From Rhodospirillaceae bacterium (GTDB lineage: Bacteria; Pseudomonadota; Alphaproteobacteria; CACIAM-22H2), in assembly GCA_022843945.1 (NCBI GenBank), contig JALHMR010000007.1, positions 116,546-180,545 of the forward strand: a stretch of DNA of 64,000 bases, read 5' to 3'. Under the pieces are notes generated by a model that was not told the DNA's origin, made no database searches, and saw nothing but the letters and a program-made list of their open reading frames with translations. Every line of letters starts with the position of its first letter. Within the stretch, counting starts at the first letter, position 1. This document shows positions 1-9,131 of the stretch, piece after piece. Both the position numbers and the translations under genes were made by a program.

Positions 1-1133
<1,133 letters not shown>

Positions 1134-1181
1134 GCATCCGAAACGAGCGGCACTCACCATCGTTGCCATATGGGGGAGAAA

Positions 1182-2852
1182 ATGGCTTTTTCAGCAGAAA
1201 CACTACCCCGAGCAATACGTACTCTTCTTGAGCAGAACAATTATGAGGTCTCCGGTCCTTTGCAAATTCACGGGGCAGAGGTGGATCTCATTGCGAAGCG
1301 TAAGGACGATCCTTTCGCAGCAAATCTGTATATCGAAGCAACCATCGAGCACGTCGACAACGACAAGTACGGCAAGGATGTAGGTAAGTTTGCACTGATC
1401 CACACGATTGAGCCGCAGGCAAATTGCCTGATTGTATCGTCGACGGGCTTTTCCTTGCCGGTTCAGGAGCGTGCGAGCAAGAGCCGTATCCAAACGCTGA
1501 CCTATGAACAGCTCTTCTCAAAGTTCCAGAGGTTCGATCCGTATGTGCAACATGCTTTGGGTGATACGTCGTTGGGACGCGACCTAAAGTCGCTGAGCGA
1601 TACATATGAAGAGCCGGATTTCGACGACAGCTTCGGCAGTGAGCCGGCCACCAAATTTCTCGATACGTGGCGAGATAGCGCAGACACCAATCGTTGGCTG
1701 ATTGTCGTTGGCGAATACGGAACGGGAAAGACCGCGCTTACTAAGACGTTGCAATATCGCTGGCTGCGTAAATTCAAGAATGAGCCAAAACTTCCCATTC
1801 CATTTCGAATCGAGCTTCGAGATTTTTCGCGGCAGTTCGATGCGAACGGCCTTTTGCATCATTTCTTGGATAAGAACCATCTAGGCCATCTTCCTATAGA
1901 ATTTGTGACGGCGCTGATCCGTGCGGGGAGGATTGTTCTGATCCTCGATGGATATGATGAGATGGCTCAATACATGCACGCGCGAGAGCGGCGCGCGTGT
2001 CTCGAAACTTTGGCTGAGCTGTCTTCTGGGGGCGCGAAGGGCATCCTTACGAGCCGCCCGAATTATTTTTCCGAGGTGGAGGAATATCAAGTTTTCGAGA
2101 TTTTGTATTCGAGCATTAACGAGGGCTCTTATCGTCTGCGGCGAGGCCTCTCTGAAGCGGTCGACCGAGAAAAGAAAATTGATGAGTTGATCGAATCGCA
2201 TTTTCTTCAGCGACACGAGCGTCAGTTAAAAGACCTGACTCCGGCACAAACCGAAGCTCTGATTTCTCGGAAGCTGGCCGCCGATGCTGATTTGCGAAAT
2301 GCAGATTTCTCCCGTGCGACGCTCGACGCCGTATCGCTGAGCGGCGCAAACCTGGAAGGCGCTAGTTTCGCCCATGCACTGTGTTTCGGTGTTGATCTAA
2401 CGGGCGCTCTGTTGAAGGAAGCAAACTTTAAAGGCCTGGATGCGACATCTAGTATCATTGTTGCTCGCGATGAAGCATCGGAGGATGGGTTAAAAACAGA
2501 GCTTGAGGGCAATGAGGCATTGGGCTTTTTGAGTTACGCGGGCGCTATAACCGATGCCGTCCCTCGCTATTTCATCCTTCGAAACCAACCGGACTTCCCC
2601 ATTGTGGAAAAAATCTGCCGCAAATGTAGCGAGGGCTTAAGGCAGCGGCGAGGCTTGGAACAGCGAGGGGCCGCCCGCGCAAATCCAGATTTTGCTCGGA
2701 AATTTGTTCACTATGCCGAATCTAGGAGTTTGTTGGAGACACCCAAGGGCAGACCAGACCTTATTGAGGCGACGCCGCTTGGACGGGAGGTATTTAAGAA
2801 GTTCGTTGAACTAAAAGAGGTTGGGCCTGAGATAGGCGATTTCTTTGTCTAA
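1182..2852 (+). CDS. STAND/NACHT-type P-loop NTPase with N-terminal Mrr/PD-(D/E)xK-like domain and C-terminal pentapeptide repeats; candidate antiphage NLR-like protein
   Basis: The gene is sharply AT-richer than its flanks. Walker A is VVGEYGTGKTALT and Walker B is the NACHT-type RIVLILDGYDEM, followed by a TSR sensor-1-like motif (GILTSRPNYF). The N-terminus (EVDLIAKRKD...LYIEATIE) is restriction-endonuclease-like. Residues about 370-420 are pentapeptide repeats (ADLRNADFSRATLDAVSLSGANLEGASFAHALCFGVDLTGALLKEANFKG). A GGGGGAG RBS precedes the second ATG at 1182; the alternative start is 1170. Confidence 0.7.
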   Translation: MAFSAETLPRAIRTLLEQNNYEVSGPLQIHGAEVDLIAKRKDDPFAANLYIEATIEHVDNDKYGKDVGKFALIHTIEPQANCLIVSSTGFSLPVQERASKSRIQTLTYEQLFSKFQRFDPYVQHALGDTSLGRDLKSLSDTYEEPDFDDSFGSEPATKFLDTWRDSADTNRWLIVVGEYGTGKTALTKTLQYRWLRKFKNEPKLPIPFRIELRDFSRQFDANGLLHHFLDKNHLGHLPIEFVTALIRAGRIVLILDGYDEMAQYMHARERRACLETLAELSSGGAKGILTSRPNYFSEVEEYQVFEILYSSINEGSYRLRRGLSEAVDREKKIDELIESHFLQRHERQLKDLTPAQTEALISRKLAADADLRNADFSRATLDAVSLSGANLEGASFAHALCFGVDLTGALLKEANFKGLDATSSIIVARDEASEDGLKTELEGNEALGFLSYAGAITDAVPRYFILRNQPDFPIVEKICRKCSEGLRQRRGLEQRGAARANPDFARKFVHYAESRSLLETPKGRPDLIEATPLGREVFKKFVELKEVGPEIGDFFV

Positions 2853-3010
2853 GTCCTTCGTCCTCACCTCCCTTGCGAATCGTCCTTCGGGCTGATGTAC
2901 ATCACGTCGAAGGGGCCCATGCCATTGATCCGCAGCACGGTCTCGACCTCCACCCGCGCGTAATGCGGCTTGCCGGCGGGCAGGTGGACGAAGCTGCCGG
3001 CGGCGAAGGA

Positions 3011-3184
3011 TTAGAGGGTGCCGTCCTTGCCAAACGTCTCGACGTGGAAATCGATGGCCGATGCCGTATTAGCCGAAGCCTCGTCGTAAGTGTCGCTCTG
3101 GGCCACCACGACGCCGCCTATGCCGAGTGGATAGGCGACATAGCCATCCGCGTGCTTCTCGACGATGATCTCGATGCTTGTCAT
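3011..3184 (-). CDS. HicB-like antitoxin-domain small ORF (possible remnant or pseudogene)
   Basis: MTSIEIIVEKHADGYVAYPLGIGGVVVAQSDTYDEASANTASAIDFHVETFG resembles the HicB/UPF0150 N-domain. It starts 7 nt downstream of the antidote gene's stop. The same frame continues past a TAA into a cupin-motif-like fragment. Confidence 0.35.
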   Translation of the reverse strand: MTSIEIIVEKHADGYVAYPLGIGGVVVAQSDTYDEASANTASAIDFHVETFGKDGTL

Positions 3185-3191
3185 CGGCCAG

Positions 3192-3497
3192 CTACTCCGC
3201 CGCTGTCGCGGTGGCGTGCAGGCGTAGACCGAGGGCGCGAACAACCTTCAGCACCGTGCTGAATTCCGGATTGCCGTCGGGCGACAGGGCCTTGTAGAGA
3301 CTTTCGCGGCCTAGACCGGCCTCGCGGGCGAGCTGGGTCATGCCCTTGGCGCGGGCGATGTTACCGAGCGCGGCGGCGATGACGCGTGGGTCCCCGTCTT
3401 CCAGCGCCGCCTCCAAATAGGCGGCAATGTCCTCGCCGGTCTTGAGGAGGGCGGCGGTGTCGTAACGGGTGGTGCGAACCTTCTTTCGGCGGGCCAT
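3192..3497 (-). CDS. Type II toxin-antitoxin antidote protein (XRE-like HTH, 'addiction module antidote')
   Basis: 101 aa (MARRKKVRTTRYDTAALLKTGEDIAAYLEAALEDGDPRVIAAALGNIARAKGMTQLAREAGLGRESLYKAL) lying 9 nt downstream of the killer gene. An AGGAGT RBS is present. Confidence 0.8.
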   Translation of the reverse strand: MARRKKVRTTRYDTAALLKTGEDIAAYLEAALEDGDPRVIAAALGNIARAKGMTQLAREAGLGRESLYKALSPDGNPEFSTVLKVVRALGLRLHATATAAE

Positions 3498-3506
3498 TGG
3501 GTACTC

Positions 3507-3797
3507 CTAGAGATCGCGGGCGAGTGCTTGCGCCCGTTTGATGTCGCGGTCCTGCGTCTTCTTGTCGCCGCCCGCCAGCAGGATCACCAGCTCGCGGCCC
3601 TTCTGGGCGAAATACACCCGGTAGCCGGGACCATAGTCGACCCTTAGCTCGCTCACGCCGCCGCCGACCGGCTTGACGTCGCCGAACAGTCCGAGCGCCA
3701 GCCGGTCGAGCCTCAACTCGATCCGGGCCCGGGCCCGGCGATCGCGCAGGGTTTCAATCCACTTGGCGAACGGCGGGGTCTGCCGAACCTCTATCAC
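3507..3797 (-). CDS. Type II toxin-antitoxin killer protein (RelE/ParE superfamily, HigB-like)
   Basis: 96 aa (MIEVRQTPPFAKWIETLRDRRARARIELRLDRLALGLFGDVKPVGGGVSELRVDYGPGYRVYFAQKGRELVILLAGGDKKTQDRDIKRA), a typical killer-protein sequence, placed upstream of its antidote. Confidence 0.8.
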   Translation of the reverse strand: MIEVRQTPPFAKWIETLRDRRARARIELRLDRLALGLFGDVKPVGGGVSELRVDYGPGYRVYFAQKGRELVILLAGGDKKTQDRDIKRAQALARDL

Positions 3798-3870
3798 CGG
3801 ATAAAATGTATCCTATAAAATACGGCATGACAACCGGTGTCCCCCGATAAGATGATTTTGGAAGTGACAG
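3798..3870. promoter_or_regulatory. AT-rich divergent promoter/operator region between the RelE-like killer (minus) and higA (plus), with the inverted repeat GGATAaaatgTATCC
   Basis: A 73-bp AT-rich spacer separates the two divergent genes. It contains a 5-bp inverted repeat with a 5-nt spacer, then TATAAAATAC. An RBS (GGAAGTGACAG) precedes the higA ATG. Confidence 0.35.
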
Positions 3871-4179
3871 ATGCGTAAAATCGCACCGCGACAGATGCCG
3901 AAACCCGTTCACCCCGGCGCTATCCTCAAGGACGAGCTGGCCGCGCGCGGCGTCACCGCCAGCCGGCTGGCGCTTGATCTCGGCGTGCCGTCCGGGCGGA
4001 TCGCCGCGATCCTCAACGGCAAGCGCGCCCTGACCCCGGACACGGCGCTGCGCCTCGGGCGCTACTTCGCCATGCCGGCGCGCTTCTGGGTCGATCTGCA
4101 GGCGCAGTACGATCTCGCGGTGGCCGAGCAGAAATACGGCAAGCAGATTGCCGCCCAGGTGCGCAAGGTGGCGGCGTAG
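3871..4179 (+). CDS. higA: HigA-family antitoxin (XRE HTH), orphan with no cognate HigB upstream
   Basis: 102 aa (MRKIAPRQMPKPVHPGAILKDELAARGVTASRLALDLGVPSGRIAAILNGKRALTPDTALRLGRYFAMPARFWVDLQAQYDLAVAEQ), a classic HigA antidote sequence. Confidence 0.8.
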   Translation: MRKIAPRQMPKPVHPGAILKDELAARGVTASRLALDLGVPSGRIAAILNGKRALTPDTALRLGRYFAMPARFWVDLQAQYDLAVAEQKYGKQIAAQVRKVAA

Positions 4180-4311
4180 CCGGGCCGCGCGGGTACTCTG
4201 CCATGGATATCGCACCGATCAAGACCCGGCGGATCTGGCGCCTGCACCAGGGGCTGCGCATTCCCGCCGAGTCCTTGATCAGGGGCGGGCGGGATCGGGC
4301 CGCCTGACCGG

Positions 4312-4653
4312 CTAACGCGGCTTCTTCTTCGGCCGGGGCAGCGCGCGCTGCTTGCGCACCTTTCTGGGCGTCGTGCCGCCGCCATCCATCACCGCCTGCA
4401 CGTGCTCGAAGCCAAGCAGCAGGAAGGCGAACTCGGCGTTCATCGCCGTGTTCAGCTCCGGGCTGTCGCGGCCGGCATCCTTGGCGGCGATCAGCAGCAT
4501 CAGCCGGTTGGTGTGGATCAGCAGGTCGCCGAGCCGGGCGACCGCGGCCCCCGCCACGATCGCCGCTTCGAGGCGCTTCTTGAGCGCGGCGAGATCGAAC
4601 TTGTAGCGGCCGTAGCGGACGTGGTTGAGGGTGATGGTGAAGGAGGCGGGCAT
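4312..4653 (-). CDS. Hypothetical protein with a lysine/arginine-rich C-terminal tail
   Basis: The ORF is 4312..4692; the likely start is the internal Met at MPASFTITLNHVRYG. It ends in ...TPRKVRKQRALPRPKKKPR and I recognise no family. Confidence 0.45.
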   Translation of the reverse strand: MPASFTITLNHVRYGRYKFDLAALKKRLEAAIVAGAAVARLGDLLIHTNRLMLLIAAKDAGRDSPELNTAMNAEFAFLLLGFEHVQAVMDGGGTTPRKVRKQRALPRPKKKPR

Positions 4654-4778
4654 AAGAGCCCGATTGTCACCCCGGCGGAAGCCGGGGTCCATTCCTCATG
4701 TGGCACCATGGACCCCGGATCGCGCAACGTCAGAACGTTGCTTGTCCGGGGTGACGGGTAAAAGTTTGCGGCGCCAGC

Positions 4779-5234
4779 CTAGTTACAGCCCTCGATCGTC
4801 TCGATGCGCACGTGCGTCGTGCCCTGTTCCTCGAAGCCGAGCTGGCGCGCCGCGCCCTGGCTGACGTCGAGCACGCGGCCGCGGATATAGGGGCCGCGGT
4901 CGTTGACCAGCAGCTCGATGTGGCGGCCGTTCTGCAGATTGGTCACCTTGATGCGGGTGCCCAGCTTCAAGACCCGGTGCGCGGCGGTCGGGCCGTTCAT
5001 GTCGAAGATCGCGCCGCTGGCCGTCTGCCGGCCGTGATGCGTGCGGCCGTAGAAGGAGGCGATGCCTTCCTGGTAGTGGACATAGCGCGGGCAGGGTGGG
5101 GGCAGCGGCGCCGCCTCGGGCGGCGGCGGCGGGGGTGGCGGCGGCACTACCGCGGTCTGGCAGGCGGAGAGGGCCGCGGCGGTGAGCAGCGCCGCGGCAA
5201 TACTGGCGAGTGGTCGTCGTGTTCCTCGGCGCAT
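4779..5234 (-). CDS. rlpA: Septal ring lytic transglycosylase RlpA-family lipoprotein (DPBB domain)
   Basis: It has a lipoprotein signal (LLTAAALSAC), a poly-Pro linker and the DPBB motif block (GIASFYGRTHHGRQTASGAIFD...GRHIELLVNDRGPYIRGRVLDVS). Confidence 0.85.
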   Translation of the reverse strand: MRRGTRRPLASIAAALLTAAALSACQTAVVPPPPPPPPPEAAPLPPPCPRYVHYQEGIASFYGRTHHGRQTASGAIFDMNGPTAAHRVLKLGTRIKVTNLQNGRHIELLVNDRGPYIRGRVLDVSQGAARQLGFEEQGTTHVRIETIEGCN

Positions 5235-5291
5235 GCCGCATTATGAAACGGCGAATCCACGCCAGGCAAACGGTGGATTTTTTGTGACGGG

Positions 5292-6296
5292 CTACTCCGC
5301 TTTTGCGCCCGAGGCCTTGGTGATCGGCACCCAGATGTCGATCTCGTCCGACACGTACTTGGCGAACCTGGCCGGGGTGTAGCCGCGCATCGCCGGGGTG
5401 CCCATGTCCTCCAGCCGCTTGTTGATCACCGGGTCGCCCAGGGCCTCGTCGATGGCCTGGGCCATGCGGTTGGTGACGGTCGAGGGCAGGCCGGCGGGGC
5501 CGAAGATGCCGTACCAGGAATAGGCGCGGTAATCCTTGAGGCCGACCTCGGCCGCCGTGGGGATGTCCGGGATGATCGACGAGCGCTCGTCGGTCGCCAC
5601 GAACAGGGTCCGCAGCTCGCCCTTCAGATGATACTCCTTCATCAGGCTCGGGATGTCCGAGTTGAACTGCACCTCGCCGGCGACCATGGCGAGGAAGACC
5701 TGGCCCGCCCCGCGATAGGGCACGTGCGTCGCCTCGGTGCCGGTGCGCTGCAGGAAGTTGGCGCTGGCGATATGGCCGGTCGAGCCGACGCCGGAGCTGC
5801 CGTAGGAAAACTTGTTGGGGTTGGCCTTCAGCAGCGCGACCCACTCGGCCGTGTCCTTCGGGTCGATCCCCTTGCGGGTGACGCTGTGGCAGATCGGGAT
5901 GAAGTTGGTCGGGGCGATCGCGGTCAGGTCCTTGACCGGGTCGTAGGGCAGGTTGGCGTAGAGGCCCTTGGCGACGCCCGTGGAGGAGAGCGTGGCGAGC
6001 ACGAAGAGGTAGCCGTCGGGCGGCGACTTGGCGACGTAGTCGGTGCCGGTGGTGCTGCCCGCTCCCGGCCGGTTCTCGATGACCACCGCCTGCCCCAGGA
6101 TCTGCGAGATCTTGGGCCCGAGCAGGCGCATGGTGATGTCGGTGCCGCCGCCGGTGCCGAAGGGCACGACCATGCGGATCGGCTTGGCCGAGGGCCAGGC
6201 GCCGACCGCCTGGGCGCGCACGATGGTCGGGGCGAAGACAGTTGTCGCCGCGGCCGAAGCGAGGAAGCGGCGGCGGGTGGTGATCAGCTTGGGCAT
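5292..6296 (-). CDS. Bug/TctC-family tripartite tricarboxylate transporter substrate-binding protein
   Basis: A Tat-like signal (RRRFLASAAA) and Bug-family motifs (VENRPGAGSTTGTDYVAKSPPDGY, SSGVGSTGHI) are present. No tctAB genes are adjacent. Confidence 0.85.
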   Translation of the reverse strand: MPKLITTRRRFLASAAATTVFAPTIVRAQAVGAWPSAKPIRMVVPFGTGGGTDITMRLLGPKISQILGQAVVIENRPGAGSTTGTDYVAKSPPDGYLFVLATLSSTGVAKGLYANLPYDPVKDLTAIAPTNFIPICHSVTRKGIDPKDTAEWVALLKANPNKFSYGSSGVGSTGHIASANFLQRTGTEATHVPYRGAGQVFLAMVAGEVQFNSDIPSLMKEYHLKGELRTLFVATDERSSIIPDIPTAAEVGLKDYRAYSWYGIFGPAGLPSTVTNRMAQAIDEALGDPVINKRLEDMGTPAMRGYTPARFAKYVSDEIDIWVPITKASGAKAE

Positions 6297-6315
6297 CGGA
6301 ATCTCCCCTGTCGAA

Positions 6316-7089
6316 TCAGAACGAGCCGCCGTTAACGGGCAGCATCTGGCCGGTGATGAACTTGGCGCGGGACGAGGCGAAGAAGAGCGTGGCGTCGGCG
6401 ATGTCCTGAGCCTCGCCCAGCCGCCCCAGCGCGATACCCTGGAGCAGGCTCTTCTGGCGTTCGGCGCCGAGCGCGTCCCAGTCCTTCTGCTTCTCGATCT
6501 CGGTCAGCACCAGGCCGGGCGCCACGGTGTTGACCGTGATGCCGTACGGCCCAAGCTCGACCGCGAGCTGGCGGGTGAGGCCGAGCACCGCGTGCTTGGC
6601 GCTGGCGTAGGCCTGGATGCGGGTGCGCGACGGCCGGAAGGCGGCGCCCGAGCTGATATTGATGATGCGTCCGCGCCCCGCGGCTTTCATCTGGGGCGCC
6701 GCGGCGCGCACCGTGGCGAAGCTGGCGTCGACGTTGAGCGCGAAGATCGCATCCCAATCGGCGTCGCTGACCTCTTCCACCGGCTTGTGGCGCTGGCCCA
6801 GCATGCCGCCGGCGTTGTTGACCAGGACGTCGATGGCCCGGCCGCTGTCGCGCTCGATCGTGTGGATCCACTCGGCGCAGGCCCGGCGGTCGGTGAGGTC
6901 GGCAACCTGCGTGACGATACGCGCGCCTCTGGCGGTTTCAGCCAGGGCCTGGACCTGAATGTCGGTGGCGTAGACCAGGGCGCCGGCCGCGGCGAAGCTG
7001 CGGGCGATGGCCCGGCCGAAGCCGATGGCTGCCCCGGAGACGGCCACGACACGATCCTGGAATTCGCCATCGTGGAGCTTGGGGGTCAT
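6316..7089 (-). CDS. SDR-family oxidoreductase (3-oxoacyl-ACP reductase-like)
   Basis: The ORF is 6316..8136; the in-frame Met is at MTPKLHDGEFQDRVVAVSGAAIGFGRAIA. SDR motifs NNAG and YASAKHAV and an NAD-binding Gly motif are present. Confidence 0.85.
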   Translation of the reverse strand: MTPKLHDGEFQDRVVAVSGAAIGFGRAIARSFAAAGALVYATDIQVQALAETARGARIVTQVADLTDRRACAEWIHTIERDSGRAIDVLVNNAGGMLGQRHKPVEEVSDADWDAIFALNVDASFATVRAAAPQMKAAGRGRIINISSGAAFRPSRTRIQAYASAKHAVLGLTRQLAVELGPYGITVNTVAPGLVLTEIEKQKDWDALGAERQKSLLQGIALGRLGEAQDIADATLFFASSRAKFITGQMLPVNGGSF

Positions 7090-7173
7090 CGGCTTTGCAA
7101 GCCTGCGATGCAGACCGGGAGGGTGCCGAAGTAGAACCCGTCTGCTAGGCTTCGTCAAACAAGGTTGGGTTGT

Positions 7174-8208
7174 ATGACTGAAGCGGTCGTCATCTGGGGA
7201 GCGGGCGCCATCGGCGGCGTTATCGGAGCATGCCTTCGGCGGGCCGGCCACGAGGTGCTGTTCGTCGACGTCGTGCCCGAGCATGTCGCGGCGATCCGCG
7301 CCGGCGGCTTGCGCGTCGAGGGTCCGGTGGCCGAGTTCAGCGTCGGCGGCGAGGCCTGCCTGCCGCATCAGATGAGCGGCAAGCACAAGCTCATCCTGCT
7401 GGCGGTCAAGGCGCATCACACCGAGGCGGCGACGCAGGCCCTCAAGCCCTTCCTCGCCGAGGACGGCGCCGTGGTCTCCTGCCAGAACGGGCTCAACGAG
7501 CTGGTCATCCAGGAGATCGTCGGCCCCCGGCGGACCATCGGCTGCTTCGTCAATTTCTACGCCGACTATCTCGAGCCGGGGCGGCTGCACTACGCCAAGC
7601 GCGGCGCGGTCGTGGTCGGCGAGCTCGACGGGCGGAAGAGCGAACGCATCGTCGCGATTCACAAGCTGATGCAGGCCTTCGACGGCGACGCGCTTCTCAG
7701 CGACAACATCTTCGGCTTCCTCTGGGGCAAGGCGGGCTACGGCGCCATTCTCAAGGCCTCGGCGCTGACCAACGACACGATGGCCGAATTCATCGGCGAT
7801 CCCGGGCGCCGCGATCTGATCGTCGCCCTGGTGCAGGAGATCCTGGCCGTGGCCGAGGCGGAGAAGGTCAAGCCGCTCGGCGGTTTCGCCGGCTACGATC
7901 CCGAGGCTTTCATGCGCCGCGACAAGGCCGCCATCGCGGCGTCGATGGCCGCCATGGCGGAGTTCAACCGCGGCTCGGCCAAGGCGCGTAGCGGCATCTG
8001 GCGGGATCTTGCGGTGCGCAAGCGGCCGACCGACGTGGCGGCGCAGCTTGCGCCGGTGCGCGAAGCCGCGCGACGCCATCGCCTGGCCACGCCGGTCGCC
8101 GACCGGCTGGTGGCGCTGATCACCGACATAGAGCAAGGTCGGGCCGAAATCGGTCCAGCCTTGGCCGACGAGCTGGCTCTCGCTGTCCCGGAAAGGACCT
8201 CCGCATGA
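7174..8208 (+). CDS. 2-dehydropantoate 2-reductase family (PanE/ApbA-like) oxidoreductase
   Basis: A Rossmann motif (VVIWGAGAIGGVIGACL) is present and the overall length is PanE-like. Confidence 0.75.
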   Translation: MTEAVVIWGAGAIGGVIGACLRRAGHEVLFVDVVPEHVAAIRAGGLRVEGPVAEFSVGGEACLPHQMSGKHKLILLAVKAHHTEAATQALKPFLAEDGAVVSCQNGLNELVIQEIVGPRRTIGCFVNFYADYLEPGRLHYAKRGAVVVGELDGRKSERIVAIHKLMQAFDGDALLSDNIFGFLWGKAGYGAILKASALTNDTMAEFIGDPGRRDLIVALVQEILAVAEAEKVKPLGGFAGYDPEAFMRRDKAAIAASMAAMAEFNRGSAKARSGIWRDLAVRKRPTDVAAQLAPVREAARRHRLATPVADRLVALITDIEQGRAEIGPALADELALAVPERTSA

Positions 8209-9131
8209 ACGAGATGAGCAAGAAGCATCCCGACGGCGAGCCCTGGCAGTGGCCGGAGAAAACCTGGCGGCGTATCGTCGGTCGCGCCCGAGCGGGGCGC
8301 TCCCTGCGCCCCACCCATTGGCCGAACAACGCGCCGGCCGCCGTGTCGCTGTCCTTCGACGCCGACCACGACACCATTCCGCTGCGCGATGCTGACGAAA
8401 GCCCGATGCGCATCAGCCAGGGTCAGTACGGCAACCGCCAGGGCACGCCGCGCATCCGCCGGCTGATGGAGAAGCACGGCGTCAAGGTGTCGTTCTTCTA
8501 TCCCGCCGTGTCGGCGCTGCTCTATCCCGACGAGGCGCGCGCCGTGGCCCAGGACGGGCACGAGATCGGCATCCATTCGTGGATCCACGAGCGCAATACC
8601 ATCCTGCCCTACGAGGTCGAGCGCGACCTCAGCTTGCGCGCGCGCGACACACTGGAGAAAGTGACCGGCCAGCGCCCGGTCGGCATGCGCACAGCGAGCT
8701 GGGATTTCTCGCCGCGCACCCTCGACATCGTGCGGGAGATGGGCCTGCTCTACGATTCCTCGCTGATGGCCGACGACGACCCGTACGAGTTGATCTCCGA
8801 CGGCACCCCTACAGGAATCGTAGAACTCCCGCCGGAATGGATCCGCGATGACGCCGTCTATTTCAACATGCACCGCTTCAGCGGCCTGCGTCCCTACACG
8901 CCACCGTCGAGCGTGCTGGAGGTGTTCCTCGGCGAGCTCGACGGCGCGATCGAGGAAGGCGGGCTGTTCCTGCTCACCATGCACCCGCACCATATCGGCC
9001 ATCGCAGCCGCATGAAGCTGCTCGAGCGCGTGATCGAGCACGCCAAGGCGAAGAAGTGCTGGTTCGCCACCCATGCCGAGGTGGCCCAGTGGTGTAAGGA
9101 TAACGCCGCGACCGGGCCGCTAGGGCGGTAG
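8205..9131 (+). CDS. Polysaccharide deacetylase family protein (PuuE/chitooligosaccharide deacetylase-like)
   Basis: Motifs include LSFDADHDT, HSWIHE and MHPHHIGHRSRMKLLERVIEH. Its start overlaps the upstream stop by 4 nt. Confidence 0.75.
   Translation: MNEMSKKHPDGEPWQWPEKTWRRIVGRARAGRSLRPTHWPNNAPAAVSLSFDADHDTIPLRDADESPMRISQGQYGNRQGTPRIRRLMEKHGVKVSFFYPAVSALLYPDEARAVAQDGHEIGIHSWIHERNTILPYEVERDLSLRARDTLEKVTGQRPVGMRTASWDFSPRTLDIVREMGLLYDSSLMADDDPYELISDGTPTGIVELPPEWIRDDAVYFNMHRFSGLRPYTPPSSVLEVFLGELDGAIEEGGLFLLTMHPHHIGHRSRMKLLERVIEHAKAKKCWFATHAEVAQWCKDNAATGPLGR

Noticed and set aside
2873-3262. 129-aa plus-strand ORF across the HicB-like region
   Set aside because: It is antisense to the HicB-like and cupin-like frames and spans the antidote gene end. 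It has no recognisable motifs and a biased composition.
5235-5291. Hairpin AATCCAC...GTGGATT followed by TTTTTGTG, considered as a terminator for tctC
   Set aside because: The T-run follows the hairpin only on the plus strand, while the adjacent genes are minus-strand. It would not terminate tctC, and the nearest plus-strand gene upstream is far away.
7893-9074. 393-aa minus-strand ORF, plus similar long antisense ORFs at 11120..12010, 16737..18146, 39432..40127, 41711..43258, 46065..47975, 51873..55139 and 61387..63720
   Set aside because: All lie antisense to well-supported conserved genes and show Arg/Ala/Gly-rich low-complexity translations. That is typical of stop-codon-poor frames in high-GC DNA, so they are not genes.
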